Notes: generated from the letters alone by a model not told the origin. DNA of 64,000 nucleotides from the human T2T-CHM13v2.0 reference genome, Homo sapiens (GCF_009914755.1 NC_060930.1); one strand, 5' to 3'; counted from the stretch's first letter, positions 39,629 to 53,951 are shown. Numbers and translations are program-made.

Positions 39629-41326
39629 TCCCGATCTATTCTTTCCAACGTAAGTTTTTAATTTATTTACTTTAAAAGTTCTTGCCTCTTTAATGTATAA
39701 TAGATATTCTAATAAATAATAACATTCTAATAAAATGATTTCTAGATAAAAATACTTCAGCAAATCATGTGATTTCATCCTCCTTGATTTAAGCAAATTG
39801 TTAATATGACCATTTATTGAAACAATTGCAGATTCATTTGATACTAATCTTTGGAGTTTCCTGATTAGTAAATGTGGGGTTTACACAATTCTGTAATGCA
39901 GCTGTTATTGGAAAAGTCAGTACAAAGTTCAGCTGCAGTCTTGGAAATAGATTTCATTGTGTTTTATTTTTAGATGGTTCTTTAATTTCTGTTCCCTTTC
40001 TAAAGAAAGACTCAATTTCACTGTCCCTGGTATGTATTATTTCCATTCTCTTGGCTCAATATTTTCTATTATTTATTTTTCCAAGTATAAAATTTCATTT
40101 GTGGTAGCCCCTTGGGTCATGGTTATCAGAAACAAACAACTGAAATAGATACGTGGACGAGATTGGACTCACATACCATATTGGTTGGCAAACTACAGTA
40201 AGCCAATAAGGGGTTTTAGGACATATATTTTAAAAGTCCCAGAATCATTGTAGATATCAAAGATCTCTGAATCCCCTTTCAATTTGCCTTGGGTCCTTTG
40301 CTAACATGCCACACAAATCAGTCAACATAGTCTTTAAACTTTTGCTTCCCCTCTAGTTTCATGAATGTGAGCCTGGGGAAAATATGTCAAGCCTGGGGAA
40401 AATATGTTCCTCCCTCACCTGTCTTTTTTCTTAAAAGTCACACCCATTGGGTAATGAGTGAATACACTGGGTATTCTTTTTAATAAAGAACTATTTTGTG
40501 CCAAAGTGACCATTTCAGTTGTTCCTATGCTATGTCATTAAAAGAAATACATAAAAGGGGCTACTTCCCACTTAGACATTCTAAAATGTTACCTCAAAAG
40601 ATAGCCCCCTACCAATCATATTATCAATTTCCTGCCAATCCCACTATAATCAAACTTTTTTCTTTCAACTAATTTATCCCCCTGTTAAATTCCAATTCTT
40701 TCCCAACTTTACCACTAAATGCTCCCTCTATACAGTTAGCAGTCCCATTCATACCAAGTTGCAGTAACTGGAGTTGATGCGGCATAAAGAGAGCCTTAGT
40801 CTCCTTCCCTTCCTGATTCAATTTGATCAATGAGACCCCCTTTGTCTTATTCATGTCGGGTTTACAGTTGCTTGGGTCTTGCTTCTACTCAGTCATCCTC
40901 ACTTGAGCCAGGGTACTGATCCCTGACCTCCTAAGAGAACTATTGTTATCTAAAGAGTTCTTCCACGCTGCCTCCTTCCCATATTCATTGGAACCTTGTG
41001 ATCTCCTTTCAAGCCCAGACCAAATGGTCATCTTCCATTTTCACTGTAAAATAGGAGTTGAAAGCTTTACTCCTCTCCCAGGAGCCAGCTCTAGACCTGA
41101 TAGTCTAACTTTTACTCCCTCATGCCTGCTGGCCATAAAAAGGAAAGTGGGACCCACGGGGTATCATCAATTTATATCTCAAAATAATATAATTCTTCCC
41201 TGTCCCACAACAAGACAAAGTTCAAGCCCTTTCCACAAGTGAAAATTAACGGAGAAACCAAAAACAAAAAAATTTAACAGTTCAGCTAAACGTGTACACA
41301 CATGAAATCTCTTCATTTTTTTTTAG

Positions 41327-41358
41327 CTGCTGTTGGGAAACTCTTAAGCAGATACCAG
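41327..41358 (+). other. Candidate 32-nt spliced exon (host transcript unknown)
   Basis: CTCTTCATTTTTTTTTAG| acceptor, CAG|GTAAGC donor, branch-like CTAAAC about 40 nt upstream with no intervening AG. Confidence 0.45.
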
Positions 41359-42349
41359 GTAAGCATGTGGTACTTTGTATTTTAATCATTTTGATTAAAA
41401 GGATGGAGGCACACTCATCAACATATGCCAAGATAGATGAGCCTACAATAATAGAGCACCCTGGTCCTTGAGGTTTCTGCAGTCAGCTTCCTTTATACTC
41501 CAGATTCCCATGGTACAAATGTAAGTGACCTGGCAGCATTCTGTTAAAAGTGTTTTATGCCCTTTGCCCTCGGAAGACAAACACATTCACTTTAGCCTTT
41601 GCACCAGAATATAGCAAGCTGGACACCAATGTCTCCCCAGGCATAAGGAACTATTACTCCGTCTCCATTCTCTAGAGGAATAATACAGTGCCCACAGAAT
41701 CCATGGGAGTTAAATAAATATTTGCTACAAATAACACTGGTATTTGGAATTCATTATTAGGGAATTGTTGTAATGGATTTTTCAGACTGTTCCTCAGATA
41801 AATCTTCTGACTACCCCCTGATGAGCAGCAGAAGTGCAGCAACTCTTAAATTGACATGATTAACCTAAATTGTAAGTTGTCACCATGTTCTATGCTATAT
41901 ATCCTTTCAGCTTTGAGGCTAACAAGCCTTTCCTAGAAAAATACAAAAATGCCATGCATTTTACCACTTCAACACATGATTATTTATTGCATCACTTCAC
42001 TTGAATCCCAGGAGTTAGATCTGCATACATAACTCTGGAATCACCGACATAAACTGTAAACCACTATACAAATATAAGCATCCTCATTGCCATCATCACC
42101 ATCATCATCCTCATCATCATTATTCATAAAATCTGTTCTTTTTCCCTCCAGTATTTCCCTATGAATCACCATTTCCTCTCCGGTACACAATCACTGTCCT
42201 TCTGGACCCTCATTGCCTCATGCCTGAATATCACAATGCATTTGTAAACAACTTTTCTAACTCCGTGATCTCCCAGCCCCCAATTCATCTCATACAGGAC
42301 TATCAGATGCAGCTCACTAAAAATCTGCATTTACTATGTTTGAAACGCT

Positions 42350-42700
42350 CTAATTCATTCAATATTCACTTATTGAGAACATACCATGTAGAAACATTCA
42401 CTATGAGGGAAGCAAAGATGAACAAGACAAGAGAGCAAAATATGTATACACAAATTACTATAGTCCTAGGCAGAACTGAGAGCTGACAGAACAGAATTAA
42501 AACACAGTTCTATGCAAACTCAGAGATGGTAGGATTTAATTCTCATTGAGTACATTCGGAAAGGTGTAATTGAGGTGGTGGGATCTGGAGGCAGCTTCAA
42601 AGAAAATAATAAATTTTTTGAATGGTAGAGATAGGAAAACCTATAGGAGGAGAAAAATGTGAGCTAAGGTACAAAAGCAGAAGATCATAGGTTATATATT
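42350..42700 (-). mobile_element. L2 3' fragment
   Basis: TTCATTCAATATTCACTTATTGAGAACATACCATG...AAAGATGAACAAGACA. Confidence 0.6.
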
Positions 42701-43632
42701 TTAGATATATATATTTACAGCAATGCCATGATTACACCGAAAATGCAGTGTGTGTGAGTTTCCTATACCAATTTATACTGTAGATTTATAGATCACATAT
42801 CCTCCTCGACCCGTCCACCCTTCATCAGCCAGTACCCACATTAGAAATAACAGGGGGAGAGTTGAAAAAATGGAAGAAAAATTAAGATTCCCTTATCTTT
42901 TTATCACCTGTTAGTTTTTTTTTTTTAATTAATTTTGCCAGATCAAACATTTTAACTTACCTTAAGGTGGGACAAAGCTGTTTCCAACAGACCCTTAGTT
43001 CTTCCAGAAGAAAGCAAAAGGTGATTCAGCTGACTAGTTAGGAAAAAGCTGAGGACAGTTGTTTTCCTTATAAGTTGATTTTCTTGCTACTCTGCCAATT
43101 TAATCTAATAACCTACCTCTGCTTCTAAAAGTCACAAGCACCATAGCCACCTCCAAACAAGAAACAGGTCATGTTCTCTTTTTGGTGCTGTCATTTGCCT
43201 TGCAGTTTACTGCCCCAACTCTGACACCAATTGCTCCCACTGCCTAGTCTCTAGTTGCTATGTATTTGTGTTTATAAAAGTATAGTATAGGAAATACCCA
43301 ATAATTTGTTTTATTTTGTTCTGTGAGTCTTGTTTTATGTTTTTCCTTGATTATGAATCACTATGATTATAGTGATTTGGGGGGATAATACCAAAACCTA
43401 TGTTTTTATCAGGCATCTCAGAAGAATTCAAGCAAGAGCAATTCATTGTTTAAATTGAATTTATGGCTGCTGAATGAAGACAAAACTTATGTAAAAAGGC
43501 TAAAGTTAAGTATAGAAAAGATAAGAAATCCTGCTCTTGGAGCTCCATATTAGCCAAATGACAGAAAGCTGAATTCTGACTAAGTTTAAAAAAAACTGTT
43601 CAAGTCCTTAACTGTGAACTCTTCAGTGTTAT

Positions 43633-43970
<338 letters not shown>

Positions 43971-44243
43971 TCACCTTGGCTGGAGTACAGAGGCATGATC
44001 TTGGCTCACTGTAGCCTCTGCCTCCTGGGCTCAGGAGATCTTTTCACCTCAGCCTCCTGAGTAGTGGGAACTACAGGAGTGCGCCAAAACCGCAACCCCT
44101 GCCCAGGTAGTTTTTTGTGTTTTTGGTAGAGAGGGGGTTCTGCCATGATGCTCAGGCTGGTCTTGAACTCCTGGCCTCAAATGATCCACCCACTTCAGCC
44201 TGCAAAGTGCTGGGATTATAGGTCTGAGCCACCATGCTGGCCC
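43971..44243 (-). mobile_element. AluJb lacking its 3' end and poly(A)
   Basis: Antisense Alu from TCACCTTGGCTGGAGT to GAGCCACCATGCTGGCCC; no poly-T. Confidence 0.9.
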
Positions 44244-44484
44244 AGCGTTGTATATTAAACAAGATCAACAAAAAGTCCAATTCATTCTCACAAAAGTGGC
44301 TAAAAGAATATTCCTCTGTTACCATCTTGCTGACTCTTCTTCGACTTTCTGATTTTTCTGTTTGTACCTCATGTTATTTTTATTCATCAGCATCTGCACC
44401 TCATACCCGCTACTGCTTCAGGGCTCTTCCTGGAGCTGCTTCTTGGCCTTTCCTTATATCAATGCTTTAAAAAACTTCATTTAA

Positions 44485-44849
<365 letters not shown>

Positions 44850-44899
44850 TCATTTGTCCAAGGAGTTAAATTAATCCTCTGCCTCCATTTTGGCACACT

Positions 44900-45910
44900 C
44901 ATCACAGGATTGTGCAAGAACCCCGTCTTGATGTATTTATTTAATTTCGTTTTATTTCCATTCTAATAAGCTTTGATATTCTTTTCATATTAATATATCC
45001 TACAAAAACATGTATCATAGTTTGAAGTGCATAAACTTTTTATTTCATTGACAGTATTGTTCTATAGCTCCTATTGTAGTTCTTAGGCATATAGAGCAAA
45101 CATTTTGCAACCAGATGCCCAAGTTCAGATCTAGAATGTCCACTTACAATGTCACCTTATATACCTCAGCTTCTTCATCTATATAAAACATGGATGTAAT
45201 AATCCATCACACGGTTGTTATGAGCTCTGAACAGTAACTGGCACATAGTAAATACTAGTAAGTGTTTTCTATTATTGTTAACATTACTATATGTTTCATA
45301 TATCCTTATTTCATAAGATCTCTCCATGTTACTACACAAAGCTGGGCTATGACTTCTAACTGCCACATCATATCCCATATTGTATGTCCACTATATTCCA
45401 TTTCTCCATTATCCCTACTAGACTTGATATTGAACATCCCCTTACATGCCTGATAACTGAGTAATTTTTCTGCAAATAGTCTGCTCCTACTTTTCCTATA
45501 TTTTATTGTTTTTTCCTATATTTTTCTTATTTATTTGTAAAGTTCCCTGTGTGTTGTAGACATATATCTCCTGTCAGATATAGACATTATAAATACCTTT
45601 CCCATTCTTATATCTGTTTATTTTGTTCATGACACCCGTAATTTAAAAGAAATCTTTAATTTTAACACAATCAAATAAATCCATTCTTTCAGCTCATGAT
45701 TTGTGCTTTTCAGATTTTCTTTATGAAGTCGTTCCTCAACCTTAGGTGACAAAAATAGTCTCCTATATCATAGACGGTTAACTTTGCAGGATTATTCTAC
45801 CTGAAATCCAACTTTGTAGTGTTAGGCAGAAATTTAGTTTCATTTTGCTCCACGGAGTGATCCAGTTTTTGCAAACTATTTACTAAACAATCTGTCCTTT
45901 CTTCATTAAT
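44900..45910 (-). mobile_element. Old L1ME fragment
   Basis: Antisense L1 motifs (TTTTTCTTATTTATTTGTAAAGTTC; CATGATTTGTGCTTTT). Confidence 0.55.
45085..45278 (+). mobile_element. MIR within the L1ME region
   Basis: CCTCAGCTTCTTCATCTATATAAAACATGG...CTGGCACATAGTAAATACT. Confidence 0.75.
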
Positions 45911-46349
45911 TTGGGCTGGGATGATTTCTATGAAACACTCTGGATGGCAAAAGCCAGCTGCCTAATATATAAAAACCTATCCTAATGCTAAATTCTGTAT
46001 GTTTCTCTCTAAGAAGACTATTGAGTTCTTTTGGTCGGGTGTGTACACAAAGCTTTCATGCATAATCATTTCCTCTCAAGTTTATGTGGGCATTTCTTTT
46101 ACCAAGTTCACATGGGACAATAAATTCAAAGCAAATATTCAACTTGCCTACTCGTTCACTTGCAGAGACTGGTATGCTTGTTTAAAGAACAAACTTAAAC
46201 AGGGCCTAGTTTGGCCCTTGTTTTGGATTCTGTTTCTGAGAAGTGGCTTTCCATTTTTCTTATGCCAAAACTAGCCTTTTCTTGGAAGCCTCCTTGAATT
46301 TATTTTCCTCTAGCTACCATGTTTCTCCCGAGTCTCCAGAAGGATTTTA

Positions 46350-46750
46350 TCATTCAACCAATTTTGAGTAACTACTATGCACTAGGCAAAGTACAAGTTA
46401 AGCTGTGTGAACAAGACAGTGAATAACAGTAAACTGCACAGAGGCTCTGATCCAATGGAACTAACAGTGAAGAGACTAATTAAATGAATAATCAAATATA
46501 TCTACAAATTATAAACTATGGTAAGTGCTAAGAAGGAAATCACTGAGGTACTGTGTGAGAATATAATTGAGGAGGTAGATGCCTTACTTAGACAAGGGAT
46601 TTTTAAGGCATTTTTGAAGAAGTGGAGTTTAAGATATGAGCTGATGAAGTAGGAGTTATCCAAGTGGAGGAGCCACATGTGAAGGCCCTGAGAGGGAAAC
46701 GAGCTTGGTGGGTAACTGTGAAGCCCTGAAAGAGAGTCTAATGGCTGCCA
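46350..46750 (-). mobile_element. L2 3' fragment
   Basis: TCATTCAACCAATTTTGAGTAACTACTATGCACTAGGC...ATGTGAAGGCCCTGAG. Confidence 0.65.
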
Positions 46751-48360
46751 GAAAGGTTTTATATTGTATGATTAGACTGTGATTTGAGATCATGGGAATT
46801 GGAACCATTTAAGTCTTTCTAAACCAAAATTCTCACAAAGACCAGGATTCCATGGTGTTTCTGGAGGAAACTACCGATTAAGCAAAATTGTTTAAAATCC
46901 TCAGAGATTCTTAGAAGTTCTCTAAAGCTGAGAGTTCCAAATCAGGATACGAAGATTGAAAAGATAGTTCTCCTTCCACTTACAATGTACATAGATGCAA
47001 GAGAGTATCACTTTCATCCTAAGTACAAGGAAAATTCAGAAAATCTATAAAGTCATAATTTTTTTGGAACCTATGAGAGCCAAGTTTTCAAAACAACCAA
47101 ATATATAGAATTCTAAAATGCTTTTCCAAGAATTGGGAACTATTAACTGTTGTGCCCCTGGCAGAACATGGGAAGAAGAGGTAGCAGCAATAGAAGTGAG
47201 TAAAAAGGAAACAACGAATCTTTTAATGTATCTTAAAGGCTAACTGTGGGCTAACACGATAATTTAGAATCCCTGAGAGCTCCAGACACAAAGGGAGTCT
47301 GCACAAACTCACCAGCAATTTTACACCTCCTTCTACCAGCTGCTCACAAGAAAGACTGAGAGGCAGAAGACATGAGAGAGTCTCTCTCAGGGGTACCATC
47401 ATAGAAGTGGCACAGTAGTATGGAGAATTGGCACAAACCCAGCAGTGTCCTAGACTCATATATCTTAGAAAGTAAAACCCTCACACTCACCTCCCCCTTA
47501 CCAGGTGAATGATGATAAGCACTGGGGCAGTGTTGGAAATTAGTGTCCCATGATGTTGGAAAAAAGACTAGAAAGCGCTCCTAAAAACGAACCCCCTGGA
47601 AAAAAAAAAGTCTTTAATTGCTGGGGTGTGACAGAAATCCACCCTTCCCATGCTGCACCGAAATGAAGCAAAAATAAAAACATCTGTCACTAGGGGAAGG
47701 ACAGGAAGTGCATTCATGTTCAGGATCTTAAATTAATACAAAGCAGAGGGCTGCTGCAATAAAAGAGAAACAGGAAATTTGGCTGTACCCAAGATCCCCC
47801 AAAGACAGAAAGCAGAGTTTGGCTGACATAGGAAGAAAGGTCAGGAATGTTAAGAAAGCCCACTGCTCAGGCTCAAGAACAAAAAGCTACCTAAGACTGA
47901 TGCCGGATAAGAAAAACAAAGGTATCCTCTAATATCACCACAAACAGTCTTGAAGCAAGTAAAAAACAATGGCACATTACCACAAGGGAGGTGAAAGAGC
48001 ACCACTGCGAGAGACACATCTGACCTGCAGGCACAGAAGGCCTGCTAAAAAGAAGGATGGATCTGAGGATGGATGAGGAAGACTCAGGACTACCACTCCC
48101 TCCCATTTCACTCTGGAAATCTAGAACTTCCACTAAGAACAAAATAACATGTTTTCTACTGTAGGAATTTGAAGTCTATGTCACAATAAAATAACTAGCA
48201 ACAACAAAATTCAAACCCAGTGAAACTACTGGGATTAATTTAACTCCCCATGCTAATGACCTGATAGGAAAAGAGGTGTGGCAATTGCAAGGCATAAATA
48301 CTATTTCCTTCAGTTTCTACTGACCTATATACAATGTCAGCAGTAAAAAAATATGAGACA

Positions 48361-50668
48361 CAAACATGACAAACTCACAGCTAACATCATACTGAAAAGG
48401 TAGAAACTGAAAACCTTTTCTGTAAGATCTGGATTAAGACAAAGATGCCCACTTTCACTACTTTTATTCCACATAGTGTTAGAAGTCCTAGCCAATTAGA
48501 CAAGAGAAAGAAATAAAAGGCATTCAATTTGTAAAAAAAAAAAAAAAAAAAAAAAATCATATTAGCTTTCCTTGCAGATGACACGATCTTATACTTGGGA
48601 AAACCTAGACTCCATCAAAAAAGTTTTAGAGCTGATAAACAAATTCAGTAAAGTTACAGAATATGAAATTAACATAAAATGTCAGTAGCATTTCTATATG
48701 CTAACAGCAAACAATCTGAAAAAGAAACCAAAAGGGTAAAACCATTTACAATAGCTTCAAATAAAATAAAATATGAGAAGTAAACTTAGCCAAAAAAGTA
48801 AAATATCTCTACAATGAAATCTGTAAAACATTAATAAGAGAAATTGAAGAGGACACAAAAAAATGGAAACATAGTCTCTGTTTACGGATTGGAAGAATCA
48901 ATATTGTTAAAAATGTCAATACTATGCAAAGCAATCTACAGATTCATTGCAATCCCTATCAGAATACTAATGACATTCTTCACAAAAATAAAAATAGTAA
49001 TATTAAAATTTATATGGCAACACACACACATAAAATAATAGCTAAACCAATCCTGAGCAAACAGAACAAAGCTGGAGGCATTGCACTACCTGACTTTGAA
49101 ATGAACTACAAAGATATAATAACAAAAACAGTATGGTACTGGCATAAAAACAAACAAATAGACCAAGAGAACAGAACAAAGAAGCCAGAAATAAATCCAT
49201 GCATTTACAGTCAACACACTTTTGATAAAGGGACCAAGAACATACATTGTAGAAAGAACAGTCTTCTCAATAAGTGGTGCTAGAAAAACCAGATATCCAT
49301 ATGCCAAAGAATAAAATTAGACCTCTATCTCTTGCCATATATAAAAATCAAATTAAAGTGGATTAAATAGTTAAATGTAAGACCTGAAACTGAAAACACT
49401 AGAAGAAAATATTGGGGAAACAATCTAGGACATTGGTCTGAGCAAAGATTTCTTGTGTAAGAACTCAAAAGCATAGGCAATGAAAGCAAACATGGACAAA
49501 TGGGATCACAGCAAGCTAAAAAGATTATCCACAGCAAAGGAAACCATCAACAAAGTGAAGATACCACCTACAAATGGGAGAAAATATTTGCAAACTACCT
49601 ATATGACAAGAGATTAATAACCAGAATATACAAGGAACTCAAATAACTCAATAGTAAAAAAAAATAATAATAATAATCCAATTTAAGAATGAGCCAAAAA
49701 TATGAATACGTATTTCTCAAAAGAAGACATACAAATGGCCAAGAGCCATATCAAAAAAATGCTCAGTATCACTGCTTATCAGAGAAAGGCAAAACTACAA
49801 TGAGATACCATATCACCCCAGTGAAAATACTTTTATCAAAAAGATAGTCAATAATAGATACGGGTGAGGATGTGGAGAAAAGGAAATGCTTACATTGTTG
49901 GTGGGAATACAAATGAGTACAGTCACTATGGAGAACAGTATGGCAGTTTCTCAGAAAACTAAAAATAGAACCATCATATGATCCCATATGATCCAGCAAT
50001 CCCCTTGGTGGGTATACATCCAAAAGAAAAGAAATCAGTATATGGAAGAGATTTCTGCAATCCCATGTTTATTGCAGCACTATTCACAATAGCCAATATA
50101 TGGAATTAACCTACATGTCCATCAACGGATGAATAAACAAAATATTGTGCATATTCACAAGACAATATTATTCTGCTATAGAAAAGAATAAAATTCTGTT
50201 ATTTGCAAAAACTTAGATGAAACTGAAGGACATTATGTTAAATGAAATAAGCCAGGCACAGAAACAGAAATATCACATGTTCTCATTTATCTCTGGAAGC
50301 TGAAAAGTTTGATCTCATAGAGATAGAGAGTAGAATGATGGTTATCAGAGGCTGCAAAGGGTAGTGGGGAGGGATGAACAAAGATGGCTTGGTTAATAGG
50401 TACAAAAATACAGTTAGATATAAGGAATATGATCTAGTGTTTGGTAGCACAATAGAGTGACTATAGTTAACAATGATTTATTGTGTATTTCAAAATAGCT
50501 AGAAGAATAGAATTGGAATGTTAATAACACAAAGAAATGATAAATGTTTAAGGTGATGGATATTTTAATTACAATTTGATCATTATACATTGTATGCTTA
50601 TATCAAAATATCACATGTACCCCATAATTATGTGCAACTACCATGTATCCATAAAAATTTTAAAACTT
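48361..50668 (+). mobile_element. 5'-truncated L1MA (MA2/MA3-like)
   Basis: ORF2 remnants (ORF 48924-49283 ...KAGGIALPDF...WYWHKN...); L1MA 3' UTR; 16-bp TSD AAAAAA(A/T)TATGAGACA (48345-48360 / 50669-50684). Confidence 0.92.
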
Positions 50669-50800
50669 AAAAAATTATGAGACATAAAATATCAGCAAGA
50701 AAAATAGATCCATTGTCAAGAAATTAAGCAGTCAACAGAACTAGACCCAGAGATGGTCCAGATAATGGTACAACCAGATAGAGACTTTAAAATGAATATG

Positions 50801-51106
50801 GGCTGGGCACAGTGGCTCACACCTATAATCCCAAAGCTTTAGGAGGCCAAGGCAAGAGGATCACTTGAGGCTAAGAGTTCCAGAGCAGCACTGGGCAACA
50901 TAGCAAGACCCTATCTCTTCAAAACATTTAAACTTTAGCCAGATGTAGTGGTGTATGCCTATAGTCCTAGCTACTTGGGAGGCAGAGGCAGGAGGATTGC
51001 TTGAACCCAGGAGTTCGAGGTTACAGTAAGCTATGATCGTGCCACTGCACTCTGGTCTGGGTGACAGAGCAAGACCCTGCCTCAAATAAATAAATTAATT
51101 TAATTT
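50801..51106 (+). mobile_element. AluJ (Jr/Jo-like), full length
   Basis: Dimeric Alu with J-type right arm; perfect TSD AATGAATATG (50791-50800 / 51107-51116). Confidence 0.93.
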
Positions 51107-51868
51107 AATGAATATGATTAGTATGTTAAAAGCTAGATGAAATGGGCAAACTCTTGGAAAGAACAGATAATAATCATAATAGCTCTACATCTACTAAAGA
51201 AATTAAAGACTCCTCCAAAGAAAACTCTAGACCAAAATGGCTTCACAGAATGAAATCAACCAAAAATTTAGGAAAGAATTAATATAAATTTTAGATCACC
51301 TCTTTAAGAAAGTCGACAAGGCTTGACACTTGACAACTCATTTTATTAGGCCAGCATAAACCTATCACCAATACCAGAAAAACACTGCAAAAAAACACAC
51401 AAAGATATACTTTATAAATATAGAAGTAAAAAAAATATAAATATTCAAATCTAAACACAGTTTTTAAAATTACTAGCAGTCCAATCCAGCAACATACAAA
51501 AAGGACAATACAACACAATTCAGTTAGCTTATCCTAGGAAAGCAAAGTTGGTTCAACATTAAAACTTCAATTAATTTAATTCATCATATTAACATACTAA
51601 GAAAGCAAAAGTAACATATGACTATCTTGATTGATGCAGAAAAAAATTTAACAAAATTCAACATCCATTCACACAAAAATTCCCAACTTGAAACATAAGG
51701 GAATTCTTTAGTCTTAAAAGGAACATGTGTAAAATACTACAGAATACATACAACGGTGAAAGACTGAATATTTTATCCCTAAGATCATAAAAAAGACAAG
51801 TTGATCCACCCTCACCACTCCTAATGAACACTGAATTGGAGTAAATTTGCACATTCATGCATGTGGGA

Positions 51869-51921
51869 ACACATATACATACACACACACACATACACAC
51901 ACACACACACACACATACGCA
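51869..51921. repeat. Imperfect (CA)n microsatellite
   Basis: Read directly. Confidence 0.9.
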
Positions 51922-53124
51922 CCATACAGGTTGGAAAGAAGGAAGTATAACTCTCTCTCTCCACAGACTACATGATTGTTTACATAGAGAATCCCAGGAA
52001 ATCCACAATAATGCTACTATAGCAAATTTGTTTATAATATCAAAAAGCTGGAAATAGTTAAATGTCCATTAATTGGTGAATGAATAAACACATTGTGGTG
52101 CATAAACGCAAAAGAATATTCCTTATTAACATCAAGTAAAAATAATTGATACATGCAACATGGATAAACCTCAAAATCATTATGGCCAGTAAAGAAGTCA
52201 GACATGAAAAGCTGCATATTGTAAAATTCTTTTTATACGACATTCTAAAATTTTTACAAAAAGCAAAACAAGTTTAGAAAATGGATCAATGCTTGCCAGC
52301 AGCTGGGGCTAGAAACAAGAGATTGACTGCAAAAAAGCATGAGTGAACTTTTTGGGGTAATAGATAATAGATATATGCTATATCTTGATTGTGGTGGTGG
52401 TTATGGTAACTATAAATCTGTCAAAATTCATTGTTTACTCTAAAAGGTATATTTTAGGGTCTTTAAATTGTACCTTAATAAATATAGCTTTTAAATGAAA
52501 GATGACTAGGACAGTCTCTGTATCATGGAGTTTGCAATTTAGTGTTGGAGACAGATAAATGAACTAACTATAATATAATGTGTTAAAGGTAGCATTTCAA
52601 CAAATATTTCATTTGACATGTATTTGTGGAGGTCATACTAAGTGCTAAGCACTGTTTTAGTCCTTAAGATACATCAGCAAAAAAACCAAAATTTTTAAAT
52701 GAAGTTTACATTGTATTGAGGGCACATGCATAATAAGTTTAAAAAAATAAAGAAATTATAATATATTAAGTAATAAGTGCTATCAAAAAAGGAAAATTAG
52801 TACAGGGTAAGGGAGATAGGAATATGAAGGTGGAGGAGGTAAAGGTCTTGTTGCAATGTAAAATCAGGTGGTAAGGGTAAATTGCACTGAGAAAGTGATA
52901 TTGGAGCAAAGAAATGTGAGCCATGTAAACCATGGGAAAGCATGTTCGAGGCAGAGGTAAAATCCCATGAACTGGCCAATGAATTTGGTGAGAGAATGTG
53001 TGATGTGTTCCAGGAATAGCGAGTAGGTCTGGAACAGACTGAGCAAGGCAAAGAATAGTAGAAAACAAGGTTAGAAAGGTCATAGGAAGGTGAATTGTGT
53101 GGGACCTTTATAGACCGTTGTAAG

Positions 53125-53487
53125 TGATATAGTTTGGCTGTGCCCCACCCAAATCTCATCTTGAATTGTAGTTCCCATAATCTCCACGTGTCATGGGAGG
53201 AACCAGGTGGAGATAATTTTGAATCATGGGAGCTGTTTCCGCCATCCTGTTCTCATGTAGTGACTTAGTTCTCATGAAATCTGATGGTTTTATAAGGGGT
53301 TTCCCCCTTCACTCATTCTCCCTTTCCTGCTGTCCTGTGAAGAGGTGACTTCCTCAATGATTGTAAGTTTCCTGAGGCCTCACCAGCCTCAGGAACTGTG
53401 AGTCAGTTAAACCTATTTTTTTTTTTTTTACATAAATTACCCAGTCTCAGCTATGTCCTTATAGCAACCTGAGAATGGACTAATACA
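53125..53487 (+). mobile_element. THE1 (C/D-like) MaLR solo LTR
   Basis: TGATATAGTTTGGCTGTGCCCCACCCAAATCTC...GACTAATACA; perfect TSD GTAAG. Confidence 0.95.
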
Positions 53488-53526
53488 GTAAGGATTGGGG
53501 TTTTTATCCTGTCAAATGGGAGACAT

Positions 53527-53951
53527 TGAAATCAACCTAAATGCCTATCAATGACAGATTAGATAAAGTGTGGTACATACACACCATAAAATACTTTGCA
53601 GCCACAAAAAAGAATGAGATCATGTCTTTTGTGGGAACATGGATGGAGCTGTAGGCTATTATCCTTAGCAAACTAATGCAGGAACAGAAAACCAAATATC
53701 GCATGTTCTCACTTGTAAGTGGGAACTAAATGATGACAACTCATGGACACAAAGAAAGGAACAACAGACACTGGGGCCTACTTGAGGGTGGAAGGTGGGA
53801 GGAGGGACAGGAGCAGAAAAAATAACGATTGGGTACTTGGTTTAGCACCTGCGTAATAAAATAATCTGTACAACAAACCCCCATGACACGAGTTTACCTA
53901 TATAACAAACTTGCACTGTACACCCAAATCTAAAATAAAAGTTAAAAAAAA
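53527..53951 (+). mobile_element. L1PA13-16-like 3' end
   Basis: GAGCAGAAAAAATAAC...AATCTGTACAACAAACCCCCATGACACGAGTTTACC...AAAATAAAAGTT plus A tail. Confidence 0.9.

Larger units (their letters stand above)
46950..52495 (+). mobile_element. Old L1M sequence (5' UTR/ORF1 start, deleted ORF2 pieces, L1ME-like 3' UTR) hosting younger insertions
   Basis: L1M 5'-type sequence at 46950-48360; ORF1-start motif AACAGAACTAGACCCAGAGATG at about 50735; ORF2 pieces 51130-52200; 3' UTR GATTGACTGCAAA...TATCTTGATTGTGGTGGTGGTTA; may be two elements. Confidence 0.65.

Noticed and set aside
42079-42127. (CAT)n-like tract suggesting poly-His or poly-Asp coding
   Set aside because: Low-complexity repeat with no ORF or splice context.
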